Shown: positions 22,538 through 35,600 of the stretch, piece after piece
Numbering within the stretch: the first letter of the stretch is position 1
How the letters are laid out: the number at the start of each line of letters is the position of its first letter
Origin: Octopus bimaculoides
Lineage: Eukaryota
DNA length: 64,000 nt
Reading direction: 5' to 3'
Assembly (NCBI RefSeq): GCF_001194135.2
Contig: NC_068981.1
Span: 38,078,263-38,142,262 of the forward strand
The notes under the pieces: generated by a model
Database searches by the model: none
What the model was told of the DNA's origin: nothing
What the model saw: only the letters and a program-made list of their open reading frames with translations
Translations under genes and position numbers: made by a program

Positions 22538-23869
22538 TGTGTGTGTGTGTGTGTGTTTCTAAATTTAAAATAATACTTTTACACAGTGATTTATTTTCAT
22601 TGTGAATCTGCAACCAAATTCACAGATACTAGTGTAGTTTTAAATTCAAATCACATGGATATCTACTTTCCTTTTCATCTCTCTGAAATGACAGTATGGG
22701 TTAAAATGAAATCAGATTCTCTTAAATGACTCCCTTAAATAATTTTGGACTGCTATTTTAGAGGCTATATTTGCTTTCTCACTAACCCCAGAAATACTCA
22801 ATGGGTATGAGATAAAAAGAAAATTATGTGTTTTTAGTTAATGTCCAATGAATGTAGAATATATTTTACAAAACCATAGCAAAATATTTTGGTGATTTAT
22901 TTAAATATGGCACTAGCACATGTCTTATTGTCTGGAAAGAGAGGATAAAAGATGAAATGAAATTTAATAATGTTTGACCTAGAATGGAAATACATTGTTA
23001 ACAATTATCCAATTTAATCCAGTACAATACAAGGTTTCTCTGTCATATTAGTTCTTTTGAATTTAAATAAAAGGAAGTAAGCAATTTAAGGTTTCAAATG
23101 AAATATATAATAACAACATTAACTTTGCTACCACTATTGTCACAACACTAATTTCTGTTACTATTGTCACTGTAAACGGAGTATTTAATATAAAGGATAA
23201 GAAACCATACTTCAAAGATATGTATATTTATATATGAAGAAATACGGTGATTGTGAATAATCCCATCAAATAAAATTTCGATTTGATATTTGATACACAA
23301 AGAAAAAAACGAATCAAAACCTATTCTAGTCTTCAAATAACTTACCTAAAATAAAGACATGTAGAGTAGACCACCATACTATTTCATATCAACAATGCAA
23401 GTAGATTTAAATAAAAGTCATATATACATGCATATGTATTCTTTTGTAAATTTCAGCCCTAAAGCTGTGGCCATGCTGGAGCATCGCTAGCATATACATA
23501 TATATACACATGACCTTTAAATTCGTTCATGGTAATGTTAAAGGTATGCAAATAAAGCTCCTATTTTATTATGCCAGCTACAATCTAATGATACTGACTA
23601 GTGAGTCAGTTTTACGGGGTTGCATCATGGTTATACCGGTGTAATATAGGATAAATTCCATCCTAGAATTATTATTGTTATTATTATTATATATACACAC
23701 ACACAAATATATGTATATGTGTATATATATCCCACACGGATAGGAAAGCCTTCTTTTTTTCTGTCGAGGGCTTATATGCCCCTTTATTAGACTATTTTCC
23801 TTTGTCATTGCACAGTGATCACCATAAGCTTTAAGCTTATATAAAAAATACCATTTTAAAAGGAAAAAA

Positions 23870-24740
23870 AAGAAGAAATGAAGCAACAGGAGATCAAACA
23901 CAGGAACCGGAGCCTTCAACAAGTAAGGAAGAGGAGGGATGGAAGGAACTGGAAGACGAGCAACAGAGTGAAATAGAAATGCCAGCACTAACGACAGAAA
24001 ATGAGGAGAGAATGCTACCCAAAGGAAAACATGAAAGACTGATAGTGATGTACAAGAAAAGTGTTGAAAGAGAAAAACGAATTGCAAAACATGAAAGGCA
24101 TAATAAGAGTGAGATTGGCAGATAAGGGGAATAAAAACCTGAAAGCAGTGTTGCTGGATGACAAAAGGGTGGCTAGACTGACAGGGATATTCGGAAGCAG
24201 AGTGGATAATACACCATGTCGAGTTCGATACGATGAATTACCACCAGTGGTAAATTTTGCAGATCTAAATATATTTGGTGGGTAAACACGATACAGACTG
24301 AATTTTAAAAACAGTAAAAGGGAACTTTCTACTTTGGTAGGTAGAAAACTATTTCATCATCATAATTTTTCACATCTCATGATTCTTTTGTAAATCCTTT
24401 TATGTACCCCATGTTTGTCCTTGTAATGTCCTTTCTATATTAAGGCTTTATGCCTATAATAGAGAGAAAAGCTGGTGACTATCACACACTGAAGATGGGT
24501 AACTACCCAGAAACTCAAGTCTGTGTGTATCACATAAGGCTAGAGAGGGGAGCGATGACCTCCCCTCACAAATACTAATTGGACATAGACAGTGCATTGT
24601 TAGCCAGTTGGAGGCGATGTCTTCCTGGGGCTAAAAACAGCAGTAACATCATCCTCTCTGGGACCGCCACATTTAGTTGGCAATATATTTTATGATTCCG
24701 TACTGTTATTGTTTACCTCTCACTCAGAGATTTAATGTAG
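23870..24740 (+). mobile_element. Probable internally deleted Penelope-like element
   Basis: Purine-rich open frames (…EPSTSKEEEGWKELEDEQQ…EREKRIAKHERHNK…; MKGIIRVRLADKGNKNLKAVLLDD…PPVVNF…; …LNFKNSKRELSTL…) followed by a hammerhead at 24475-24533. ADKGN recalls the Penelope RT N-terminal ADKG motif; the protein similarity is by eye only. Confidence 0.45.
24475..24533 (+). ncRNA. Minimal type I hammerhead ribozyme
   Basis: GUGA-cuau-CACACA CUGAAGA UGGGU-aacu-ACCCA GAAA CUCAAG UC UGUGUG-ua-UCAC: exact core, 5-bp stem II, 6+4 bp stem I, GUC triplet. Stem III (ACUCAAGU) is one change from the palindrome ACUCGAGU. Confidence 0.75.
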
Positions 24741-24765
24741 CCTATATATATATATATATATATTA

Positions 24766-24936
24766 TTATCATCATTTAACGTCTGTTGTTCATGCTGGCA
24801 TGGGTTGTATGGTTTGACTGGGCTGGCACGTTGGAAAGCTGCACCAGGATCCAGTCTGATTTGGTATGATTTTCTACAGCTGGATGTCCTTCCTAATGCC
24901 AACCACTCCGAGAGTTTAATGGGTGTTTTTACGTGC
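24766..24936 (-). mobile_element. RTE LINE 3' tail fragment
   Basis: atcatcatttaacgtctgttgttcatgctggcatgggttg...ctacagctggatgtccttcctaatgccaaccactccgagag matches 12105-12280. Confidence 0.85.
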
Positions 24937-24943
24937 CTATATA

Positions 24944-25171
24944 TTTATTTCTTTATTGCCTACAGGGGGCTAAACATAGAGGAGACAAACAAGGACAGAC
25001 AAAGGGATTAAGTCAATTACATCGACCCTAGTGTGTAACTGGTACTTATTTAATCAACCTGAAAGGATGAAAAGCAAAGTCGACCTTGGAGGAATTTGAA
25101 CTCAGAATGTAAAGGCAGATGAAATAGCGCTAAGCATTTTGCCCAGCATGCTAACGTTTCTGCCAGTGTGC
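24944..25171 (-). mobile_element. tRNA-derived SINE, family B (near full length)
   Basis: Reverse complement of 9963-10168 plus the head ..ggcagaaacgttagcatgctgggcaaaatgcttagcg. Confidence 0.85.
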
Positions 25172-25223
25172 CTATATATTTGCATATTATTAATGGTAGT
25201 ATCGTTGTTGTAGTTCCTATTAT

Positions 25224-25452
25224 GAAGGTGGCAAGCTGACAGAATTGTTAGCACACTGGTTAAAATACTTAGCAGCATTTCTTTTGGCTCTTTACATTCT
25301 CAGTTCAAATCCCTCTGATGACAACTTCACCTTTCATTCTTTGCGGGGCAGAAGTATCAATAACATACAGCCCAATTCAAGTAATGGGATGGATGAAATC
25401 AAATAACCTCTCTGCAGGAAATTGTTGGCCTTGTGTCAAAACTAGAAACAAT
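25224..25452 (+). mobile_element. Older family B-related SINE
   Basis: gaaggtggcaagctgacagaattgttagcacactgg...cagttcaaatccc...caacttcacctttcattcttt...gaaattgttggccttgtgtcaaaactagaaacaatta. Confidence 0.65.
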
Positions 25453-28400
25453 TATTAATTTATATTATATTTCATTGTACCGTATTATACTGTATTTCAT
25501 TATTTTTTTTTTATCAGGCATTCACTCTTTATATTTGCTTTATTTTTCAGGCATATTCCACAGCCACTAGACTTGTTCTGTGCACATCAGACATTATCTA
25601 TTTTATACTTTTACATTGTATGTAGGCACAACAGTAAGATAAGCAGTAACCAGTAGCAAAGAGAAAAACCTACTAGAGATGAAATTATATCTCAAAACAG
25701 CCACCACAACACTAGAAATAAATCTGCTTCCTCTGCTACTTATTATGAGTTATCTTTATATCAGTTTTAATACATAGACAATGCATTACCCTCCACCGCT
25801 AGCATTCACCTTGCCACACCAAACCAATAGTAAAAACAATAAATCAAAAGAAATTGCCAACATCACTCATTAATAGCTTTTTTTTAAATTTCTTCTTTCA
25901 TTTCTTTCTCTTTTGTTAGACTTCACCTATTAATGATAAGGTGATTTACAGATAAACATTCATCTCAGTCCATGTGTGACTGTAGCCAGTAAACCGTGAA
26001 GAAAAATCAGAAAACAGCTTATGTTATTTTAGCAGCTACTCCTAACTAATCATCCGATGGAAGGACACCGAAACTGTATGAGGAGATTCAATCTAATCAG
26101 ATCATTGGCTTTGCATCTTGTGTTTGTAGTGAAGCAGAAGTTTCCATGCAGATTTTATTGTACCCTTACACATCCAATTGACTGATTGGCTCATTGAACT
26201 TGTTGATTTCTCTCACTCAGAGAGGAAGGTGGGGTGATATTGCAGCAGCCAATGAGCTTCAGAAGATATTCTGCATGAATTACTGTTACTTATTATATTA
26301 GTTATTTCAACTGAAGTGACTGGCTTTTAAAGATATAATGCTTAACAAAAGAATTTAGACCCAGGTTCACAATGGAGGTGAATCATTCATTGAGTAAAAG
26401 TATTACTTGGAGTTTTGCAATATATTATATCGGTAGTAATAGTTAGCATTAAACCACAATTTATTAATCCATAGACTATAGTGATTTCCAGCTTGTTAAA
26501 CTACACTGTATTAATTCAAACCAGATGTACTGGTAACAATTAAATTATATAAATAGAATTTAAAAAAAAAGGAATAAAATACAATTTAACTATGCAAGGT
26601 TGTTAAGCTGAAATAATAAAAAACCTACCAGAGAAATAAATTCTAATGTTAAGCACAATGCTACTAATGTAGTAGGAGGGGATTAGTAGATTAAATTACC
26701 TTTAGCATTTGGGTTGTACTAATTATGTAGTTACAAAAGCAGAGCACGCTTGCATTTGTTTATTCTTTTATTCATTTCAACCATGCAGATGTGTCATGCT
26801 GGAACACCATTGCAATCACATGGTCTTAGGTTCAGTCCCTTTTCACCATCTTAGACTAGCATGTTTCCTCAGGCCATTCAATACCTTGTGAATGGTATTC
26901 ATACACAGAAACTACATGAAATCCTATTGACTAAAATCCTTGTTACTGATGCTTTACCATGGCCAAAGTTAAATGACTGAAGCCAGTTAAAGACTTATGA
27001 GTACAGTTCATCTGATAGACTCCCACTTAGGCTCCATATACCCAATTTCATTGGCAAGGCATAGGTTGACCTGTAGCTATAGAATACTACACTGTGAAAC
27101 CAAACTCAGGATTACATAATAGTAAAGCAAACTTACTAACCATTTGGCCATTCTGCATCTACAGACTGACCACATATCAAAAAAAAAAAAAGCACCAATC
27201 ATCAAAGGCAGCTAATTTAGATATTTCTCAATTTAATTATGAAAATATAAAACATACTTTGCAATATATTTTAAAAAACAAAATCACAAAATGGCTTTTG
27301 ACATTTTTAACATTGTTTTTAAAATATATCCGTGATATTTTAAGCAAACAATTTATTTTCCAGTGTTTATCATCTAAGGATTATATTTTATTATTTTTTA
27401 TAATTTTGTATAATTCTATCATATTCATCTTTTTTTCCCTCAGACTAATATATTTGCATTTTTATTGAATACTAATTGATTATAATAAAATCTCATTTAA
27501 AGATTCTGCAGACATACTGGAAAGTATTAACTGTTATCATAGCTTCCTATTTGGCATTAGAGTATTAAAGATTTACATAAATCTATTTGGGATATTACTA
27601 TTCTGCTTGAAAACTATAGATACCTAGCAATGAAAGTACTTCATAGTTAATAAACTGTTGAACGTACTTAGCTTTAATAAATATTTTAGAGATTTCATCA
27701 AATCTCTCTCCTGTGATATTACTTTCTTTAAAAGTATAGATAGTGTAATGTTAGGGTATAAGGTGATAAATTGTTAACCACTTCTGACTTTAGTAAAAAG
27801 GATAAAAATGTTTAGTTTAATATATCCTGAGTTTGGTAATTTTCAGCACTATAGAAATGTTGAATTCTGAAAACCTTGACATAACACGTAATTCCATAAC
27901 ATAAAACACAATTCTATTGTTAGCTGATATTATATAAAATGAGAAACGTTTTTTATTTTAATTTTTTTTAATAAATAATATAGCAAAAAACAATGTAACA
28001 ACTTTTATACATGAACTAGAGAGACTATAATATGGAAGTTTTATGTACTTGTAACTTGTTAACATTAATTATAATTCATGAAAATGCCCATTTCATCATC
28101 AAATAATACTAACACATAATGATATCAGCTTTCTGTATAAGTTAGGAATGGATAATATCTGAAATAACAGAGCAGTGTTTCAGTTATTCCATTGACTATA
28201 TATTCTCACAATACCTTACTTATCTCATAATTTCAATAGTTGTGATATCTGTGAGAAGTATTCTCAAAAGAAAAAAAATAATATTTCTTTGTAAATCAGA
28301 TGATATTGTTTTCATGTCTTGTATATACTTTTCTCTGTAATAAACAGTTTCTATTTCCTGAATAATGATATAGGGTTTATAAATCATTGCATTTCCTTTT

Positions 28401-30628
28401 TACTCTCAAAATAGTGTATCAATGGCTTCCATCCAACAGTAATGTAGATTAGGATCTGATATCTAATAAACATCATTGAACAACTGAGCAATTCTTTCCA
28501 AAAATATAATGATGCTTGTATGGATGTTGAAATTGGTGATGGAATAATCAAGAAATAAGAGAAAACTCGGTCTAAAACTATTGATGAAAACAGATACATT
28601 TACACAAATTTCTAATTCTTTTCTAAATTAAAAGTTCTTATCTCTGGCTTTTGCATTGTGGATGATAATGGTGAAAACCTAGTAACAAGACTAATCTAGA
28701 TGAGGGAATAATCCAGATATATATCTGAATGAGGAATAATTCTAGTGGCAAGCCAAATCTCAATGAAAGACAATAGAAAGTAGGGGAAGAAAGAACTAAA
28801 GAGATAAATCAAGGGATATGTGTAAGGTGAGGTATATTTAGTGATTTAAACAATTTAAAACATTTACATTTCACTTGGCAATGAAATTGCAGTTTATTTG
28901 ATAATAAAATTCATATTCCAATAGATATAATGGCAATAAGTGATGAACATTTTGATAGAATCTGAAAGATCATTTATCTAGTCAAGCTAAAATTAGACAA
29001 TCTACATCCACTGGATTGCTTTGTGCTTTTATTTATTCTTTAGAAAGATTTCTCAGGAACTAATATCAGTCAACCATAAACAACTACATACACAAACATT
29101 GATGCCATATCTTCACTTCAAGTGATCATGAATAACAGCATTTATTTTTACTTGGTAACAATATTGTGACCAAAATCTTTCTACAGAAAAATTCAATGCA
29201 AAAATAAATCTTAATGTTTTTTAGTCAAGAGAAAGTAATTGTAAATTTGTTTTGATCTAGTCTTGTAACATATTAATTTTCAAAAAACTATTACTCGTTT
29301 TCAATGAATGCAATGCCAATAGCCATAGTTTTTCTTTGGTTCTGATATTTTCCTGAATGAAATTATCAGTAGTCACAGTAACAGCATTTAAAATTCTTAT
29401 AAGAATATTTAGCATCTAAATTTCTTTTCAACATTCTTTATTTCCAAAAAAACTTCATGATCATTAAATTGCAAACTCTTGTTAAGTTTTACTCAAACTT
29501 TAATTTTAGTTTGCTCCCATTTACTAAATTAAACACACAAAAGTCTAAATATGATGTTAGAAATTTTAATTATGATTAGATAAAATTTACTAAATTTAAG
29601 CTAATAAATGCAATATTTCTTATAATATTTTTGACATCAAAATGCCTGAGATGAGTTGTTGGAGATAAAAATTGTAATTTTTTTAGGTTCTTAACCTCAT
29701 CATGAGATACAAAGATTCATTTTTTTATATTTACACATTGTTTTAATTGGTTCAATCTCTAGTTGTAATCAGGTGTCTTATTCTTGGATATGTACATACT
29801 GTTAGGAATAAAACAACAGATGATAATCAGAGATCAAGTCATATTGAAACATAAGAGGGATGTAAATATTAAAAAAATCTTTACTCCAGTGCTCTCTCTC
29901 TCTCTCTCTGTAAGGTTCATTATCCTGGGAACTAAAAGGTCTCCCACGCTCTCATGTCATTGATTTTCTTCTGCTACAACGATCTTCCACTGTCAGCATA
30001 TGAGACCTTTTACTTGCCTAACCTGGTTTATTCACTCTTCTAAGTTCAATCCCACTGCATGGAACATGAATAAGTGTCTTCCACCATAGCCTTTATTCAA
30101 CTAAAGTCTTGTGAAGGAAACTGAGTGAACAAAAGGGTGCATGTGGTAGAGTTAATATGTCACCTAGCTTGATACAGTCACATAGCCCCTGAGTGTTTTA
30201 ATGAACTCCAAACTGTTGCAAGTAATGCTACGAGGTGTGAGGCGTCCAGTCTCAGGAGAAATTGATACATCATGAATTATATGTACCTTTCCTCCCCTGA
30301 GACTCAGCGACCTTAGAAAACGTCATAAGTTCTACCTTTCCTCATCTGATAAAGCAATAAATACAATAAAGTCTTCAGCATTCAATACCCAAGTCTCACT
30401 AATATATAGTATGAAAAATGTTATGCATAATATATGTAAGACAGTAGCATTCAAGAACTTAAAAGTGTGATAGCTGCTAGCTTCTCTAATGTAGGCAGCA
30501 AAAGCAAAAATCAAGGTAAAAAAAAAATCAACAGCTGTATCCATGAAAAGATAAACAGTTGACTATTGTCCCAAATTGCTAACTGGGACATCAGAGGATC
30601 ATTAAGATTAATAATAAATGATAAATAG

Positions 30629-30684
30629 TAATAATAATAATAATAATAATGATAATAATAATAATGATGATAATAATAATGATG

Positions 30685-30771
<87 letters not shown>
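30629..30771. repeat. (TAA)n microsatellite with TGA variants
   Basis: Visible directly; source of the poly-Tyr ORF at 30511-30807. Confidence 0.95.
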
Positions 30772-30775
<4 letters not shown>

Positions 30776-31479
30776 CAATAATTAAAAATTACTTGTATGA
30801 CCTTCACTAAGCGATAGCGTTCTCAAAAAGTTCACATATCATCCTATAAATAGGAATAGCACTAAATCAAAGGTACTCTGCCACAGGATTTTGCATGGAG
30901 ATTCCTACAGTAGAATATGTACCCTAATAATAACAACCGTATAAATAATAATCAAAACATACAATACATAAGAAAGACGTTAAATTAATAGAAGAAAATT
31001 GAGTGTATGATAGTCACCACAAATGTATTATCAACTGCACTTTAAATGGTTGCTTCTCCAAAGTCTGCAAGAATTGGAACTATACTTTTGTAAACTATTA
31101 TTTGCTTTTCCATTGAATTATGTTATTTCCTATTAAGTAGACAAGATCTTTTCTCGAATGTTACTTAGCTTCTTATACCTAATTCTATTACTGATAGTTT
31201 AGTCTTCCCCATTGACCTTTAAATCTTTTCATTTATACTGACCTTGCAAGCTTTTTTAGAGTTTGTTAGTATGCAAATATATTAAGACCAAAATGAAGAC
31301 AAGAGAGTTAAGTTAAAAAACAGTGCTCCTCTGGAAACCTAACAATGCATTAAATTCTGCATTGTATTCATACTTCATTTTCACTTTTACTATAACACCT
31401 TCATGCAATACCTGAACTGCTGTCATAAGCCATTCATACTTAACAAATATTCCCATTACTTGCCAGATACTAGGTACAT

Positions 31480-31930
31480 AAGTGCAGAATTACTTACTTA
31501 TTGATAATGTCTTTCAAAATATGTCTTTAGTTCTGCTTCATAGCAAAATCAAATATTATCTTTTGTCAATCACGATCTAATTGTATGTTCTATTACAACA
31601 ACCAAACATACAGACATCCTAGATCACATCTAAAACTAAAGTCATATGGCTGATTGCAAATGATTCACTCAGCAATAAGCTACAATCTCTAACTTACAGA
31701 CATACTGTTTCTCTCTGTCTCTTTTATCATTCCTTTACTGGTCGCTGAAGTTTGAACAATCAAGCTGTATACTTCTCTAGCCAATCCTACTTAATACACT
31801 TGCCTTAATTCCTTTTATTATCTCTATTAGGATGAACTCTTTTTCACAACTGCAAACTTCTGATGTTTCTTTCCAAACTACATTTTTTCTGCTCCCATTG
31901 GTCTACAAGAGTTCGAGTTAAACACCCTCC
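31480..31930 (+). mobile_element. Decayed CR1-group LINE 3' fragment
   Basis: + strand LQSLTYRHTVSLCLFYHSFTG (~31678-31745) resembles the CR1 C-terminal motif also seen in the 5240-6130 fragment. Heavily degraded; boundaries approximate. Confidence 0.4.
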
Positions 31931-34654
31931 CTTTTTCATCTCACTAGCCTAGAAGCAGGTCATGAGTGTTTTTCATTCTGACTGACTAAATAAAATTACA
32001 TGAGCCCTTAACAAGAGACCCCTGAAGTAATCTTCTCTTGAACATTCTTTACTGTGCTATAATTAGCAATGTTGTTTCAAAAATAAATTAGGAAAACAGC
32101 ATCCAGAATGATATGGCAAACTGAAGAAACTTTTGCATTCTCACTTACCATTCTATAAACAGAAGCCAAAGTTTCCTCAAATCATAGCCTACTCTCTTAA
32201 AAAGGAAGGACATATAGTTTTGGATATGCTGTGTTCAAATAAAGGATTGATTAGTTATGGCTTTTACATTTTGATAATAGTTCTGCTAGATCAAAGCTAA
32301 TCCAATGTTAAACAAAGCTCACCAATAATGTGATAAGCCAAATGAATCACTAGTGTAGTAGTATACACAAATGGCTACTTTCAACACTTGCAATGAAAAA
32401 CCTGGAGCATTCCCACTAGTTATGTTTAATTGCTTTTCTCACCATTCTCAGTTGGTTCTATTAGGATTGTAACAGATAAAAGTAGCCGCTGTGTTATTGC
32501 TTAAGCCAATAAAGAAGCCAGTAGGTAGTCAATGGACCATATTCTAGAAATAGCAGCTAAATCTTTTCAAATTACATCCAACCATCTGAAAAATATGAAA
32601 GACATATTGCACAATGTAGTCATAGATGATCATGGCGCTAATGCATTTCATCATGGACCTGGTCAATCAGAGTTAACTTAAGGATCAACTAGGAATTTTA
32701 AATAATCTCTCAGTTATGATTCAATAATATTCTATTTTGAACCCATTTTTACAAGATTAAAATTGATTAGTTTGCACACATTATTTGTAATCTAAAGTAC
32801 TTAATGTTATGCAATACTTTTCTGTTACCCTTTCTTAAGCCTACTAAATATATACTTATCCCCTAAATCTTTAATACATTTTCAGTATTAGGCCCCCTCA
32901 GCTTGGTCAGAGCTGAACTCTAACCTCAGAACTGATCATTACTGTTTAGCAAGTAATTCTTAGCAATGAGTCAATGTTTTCTATGATAAGAGTTTTCTAT
33001 TATTTGTGACTCTTTTAGATAAAGCCCCTAGATTTTGTCAACTTACATAATGATGATGATAGTGATGACAATGAGGATTTCTAACAGTCTCACAAGCCCC
33101 AAAATCAGAAGAGGATGGGAGTAGTTAATTAAATCAGTTCTAGTGCTATACTGCATTTTGTTTTATCAACAGTCAGGAAGTGAAAAGCAAAGTCATCATT
33201 CTCCTTCCTGTAGAATTTGAACTCATGATATAAAAAGTATTTTGTTCATCATATTACTGTTTCTGACATTCAATGCCATGATAAAATAGCAATAATAAAA
33301 ATATGAATAATAAGTTTTGATATTTTGAAATATTTCAATTTTTAATCTGTAATCTAAGAAACATTTCTCCAAGCATAATTATTTATCATAGTACCTTTTG
33401 ATTTAGAACTAGTATTGCAAATTAAATTTATTTCCTAATCTCCACAAATATTGTTTTGTTGTTATTGAAACTGTAATGTATTAGTCAATTAACTAAAAAC
33501 TGAAACTATGAATTATTTTATTAGAAATAAAAACACTATGATATTAAAGTAATGACAAATTACTACAAATTTTATGACTAGACACTTTCAAGATATAATT
33601 TCTGTAATAAACTATGAAGACAGATAGTGAACTCATGAGTAAATAAAAATTTAATTACATAATTTCCCAGTTAGGTTCCATAAATATATTCCTGTTTCTT
33701 AATGTGCTGTTTGTTAGGTAATTCTGTTCACTTTCTCTTTCGAAACAGAATGTAAAATCTCACTTATTTACATATGTATTAAGTTTCATTAGTTTATTAA
33801 CAAGATAATGAGATATTTATTTTGTACCTAAGAAATGATATTAGCTTTAATTTGTTCCAGCATTTGAGAACACCTACAATTGTCCATGTTGTAATCACAT
33901 AGTGTCACATTCAGAACCCACATAAAGCAATAAGAAATTTGTTATCAGCATTAGCTTTTCAATGTTAGCAATTTTTGTCATTATCCTGTCAGTAGTCATA
34001 TCAGTAGTGACAGTTTCATTTTACTTGTAATAGAAATTAACTTCTTGTGAATGGTTAGTGTTCCCATTATAGAAGCAGTAATGGTAGAACTTAAAATAAC
34101 AATAGTGTGTCAATGTCAATTGACATGAATTGAGAACAGATAATGTTAAAGGGATATGCATATGGAGAAACACGAATGTTGCAATGATGACTGTATCAAT
34201 TATAATGAAGATGTTAATTATATTGACGAAGGTGGTAAGAAATGATGCAATGTTTTTATAAATTTATTTTTATTGGTAAACTCTTTTGGTGAAGTGAAAT
34301 TCTGAAGAGCCAATGCTACCAATGAAAGGTTGTGCTTTAAACAATGAAGAATACAAAAAGTTTAATCAGTTCTTCTGATATTACAAATGACAAGTATATT
34401 ATTGAAGAAACAGAGTAGCTATGAGGTACATCAACTAGATTAAGTTAAAGAGAAAGTAAATCTCCTAAGATTTGGCTCAGGGATATTCTTGCAAGAATTC
34501 TCTTATTACCTTTTCATAAATATGAATTAAGATTAGCATTAGAGAATTCTTTCTGTGAAAAGGGTAAATTATGATACATGCTTGAAATGTGTAATGGGTG
34601 TTGAGCATTAAGATTAAGAGTGAATGCAGATTACTTTCAGTGTTAAAGAGAATT

Positions 34655-34945
34655 TTTACTCTTTTACTCTTTTATTAGTTTCAGTAATTTGACTGTGGCC
34701 ATGCTGAAGCACCACCTTTAGTTGAACAAATTGACCCCAGAACTTACTCTCTATAAGCCTAGTACTTATTGTATCAGTCTCTTTTGCTGAGCCACTAAGT
34801 TACGGAGACATAAACACACCAGCATCGGTTGTCAAGCAATAGTGGGGGGACAAATGCCGACAAACATAGGTGCCACATAGTGGGACTGAACTCAGAACCA
34901 TGTGGTTGGTAAGCAAGCTACTTACTACACAGCCATTCCTGTGTC
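34655..34945 (-). mobile_element. Family A SINE with a central deletion
   Basis: Tail (ttttactc)n, 3' body and tRNA head are present, but the segment between ggacaaa and ggtgcca (about 100 nt in the 48316 copy) is missing. Confidence 0.85.
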
Positions 34946-35504
34946 TATGACTATAATTATTTAAAAAAAGTTTTACATGGATTAAAGACACAGTTTAAAA
35001 TTTGTAAAATATTTTTATTTTCAAAAATATCATCATATATATTACCAACTCATGCTAGCATAGAAAAATTAAGGTGACTATCTTCACATACATACTATTT
35101 AAAAGAATTTCTTATTGCTTGACATCATGAGATCATAACATCTCATACTTACCATTTAACTTGTAGTTTTTCTCACAAAATACTTTCACAGTAATACTAA
35201 ATTACTTTTGTATTATTTCAGAGGGTTAAATTTACAACCACCCTGATAATAATGATTTCTAACACAAGTACAAGTCCACTTATTGGATAGAATTATATAA
35301 TCAATTAAGCCAATTCCAGTATTTAAGTCGTTCCCTATTTTATCAACTCCAGAAGAACAAACGACAGAGATGATGTTGGTAAAATTTGGACTCAGAATAT
35401 AATGAGCCACAGCTAAATAAGGTATATGTTCTAAGAGTTTGTCAATCCACAGGAAAGTAAATAACCAGCACGTATACAATGGGTCACAAACTCAACAAAA
35501 TATG

Positions 35505-35600
35505 CCTAATGGTTAGGGTCCTTTTACAGGGCTTAGAAAAACTGAAGGACAAATGTAATAAGTGTGTGAATCTGTTAGGGGAATATGAAAACGTAAAGAT
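35505..35600 (+). mobile_element. mariner transposase C-terminal relic
   Basis: LLQGLEKLKDKCNKCVNLLGEY resembles the mariner C-terminus G...L..RW.KC....G.Y. Confidence 0.45.

Noticed and set aside
22906-22926. TATGGCACTAGCACAT resembling miR-96/183-family mature sequence
   Set aside because: Neither flank contains a complementary arm, so no precursor hairpin can form.
26055-26095. CCGATGG…CCGAAACTGTA hammerhead-like string
   Set aside because: Two core mismatches and no consistent stem I or stem III register.
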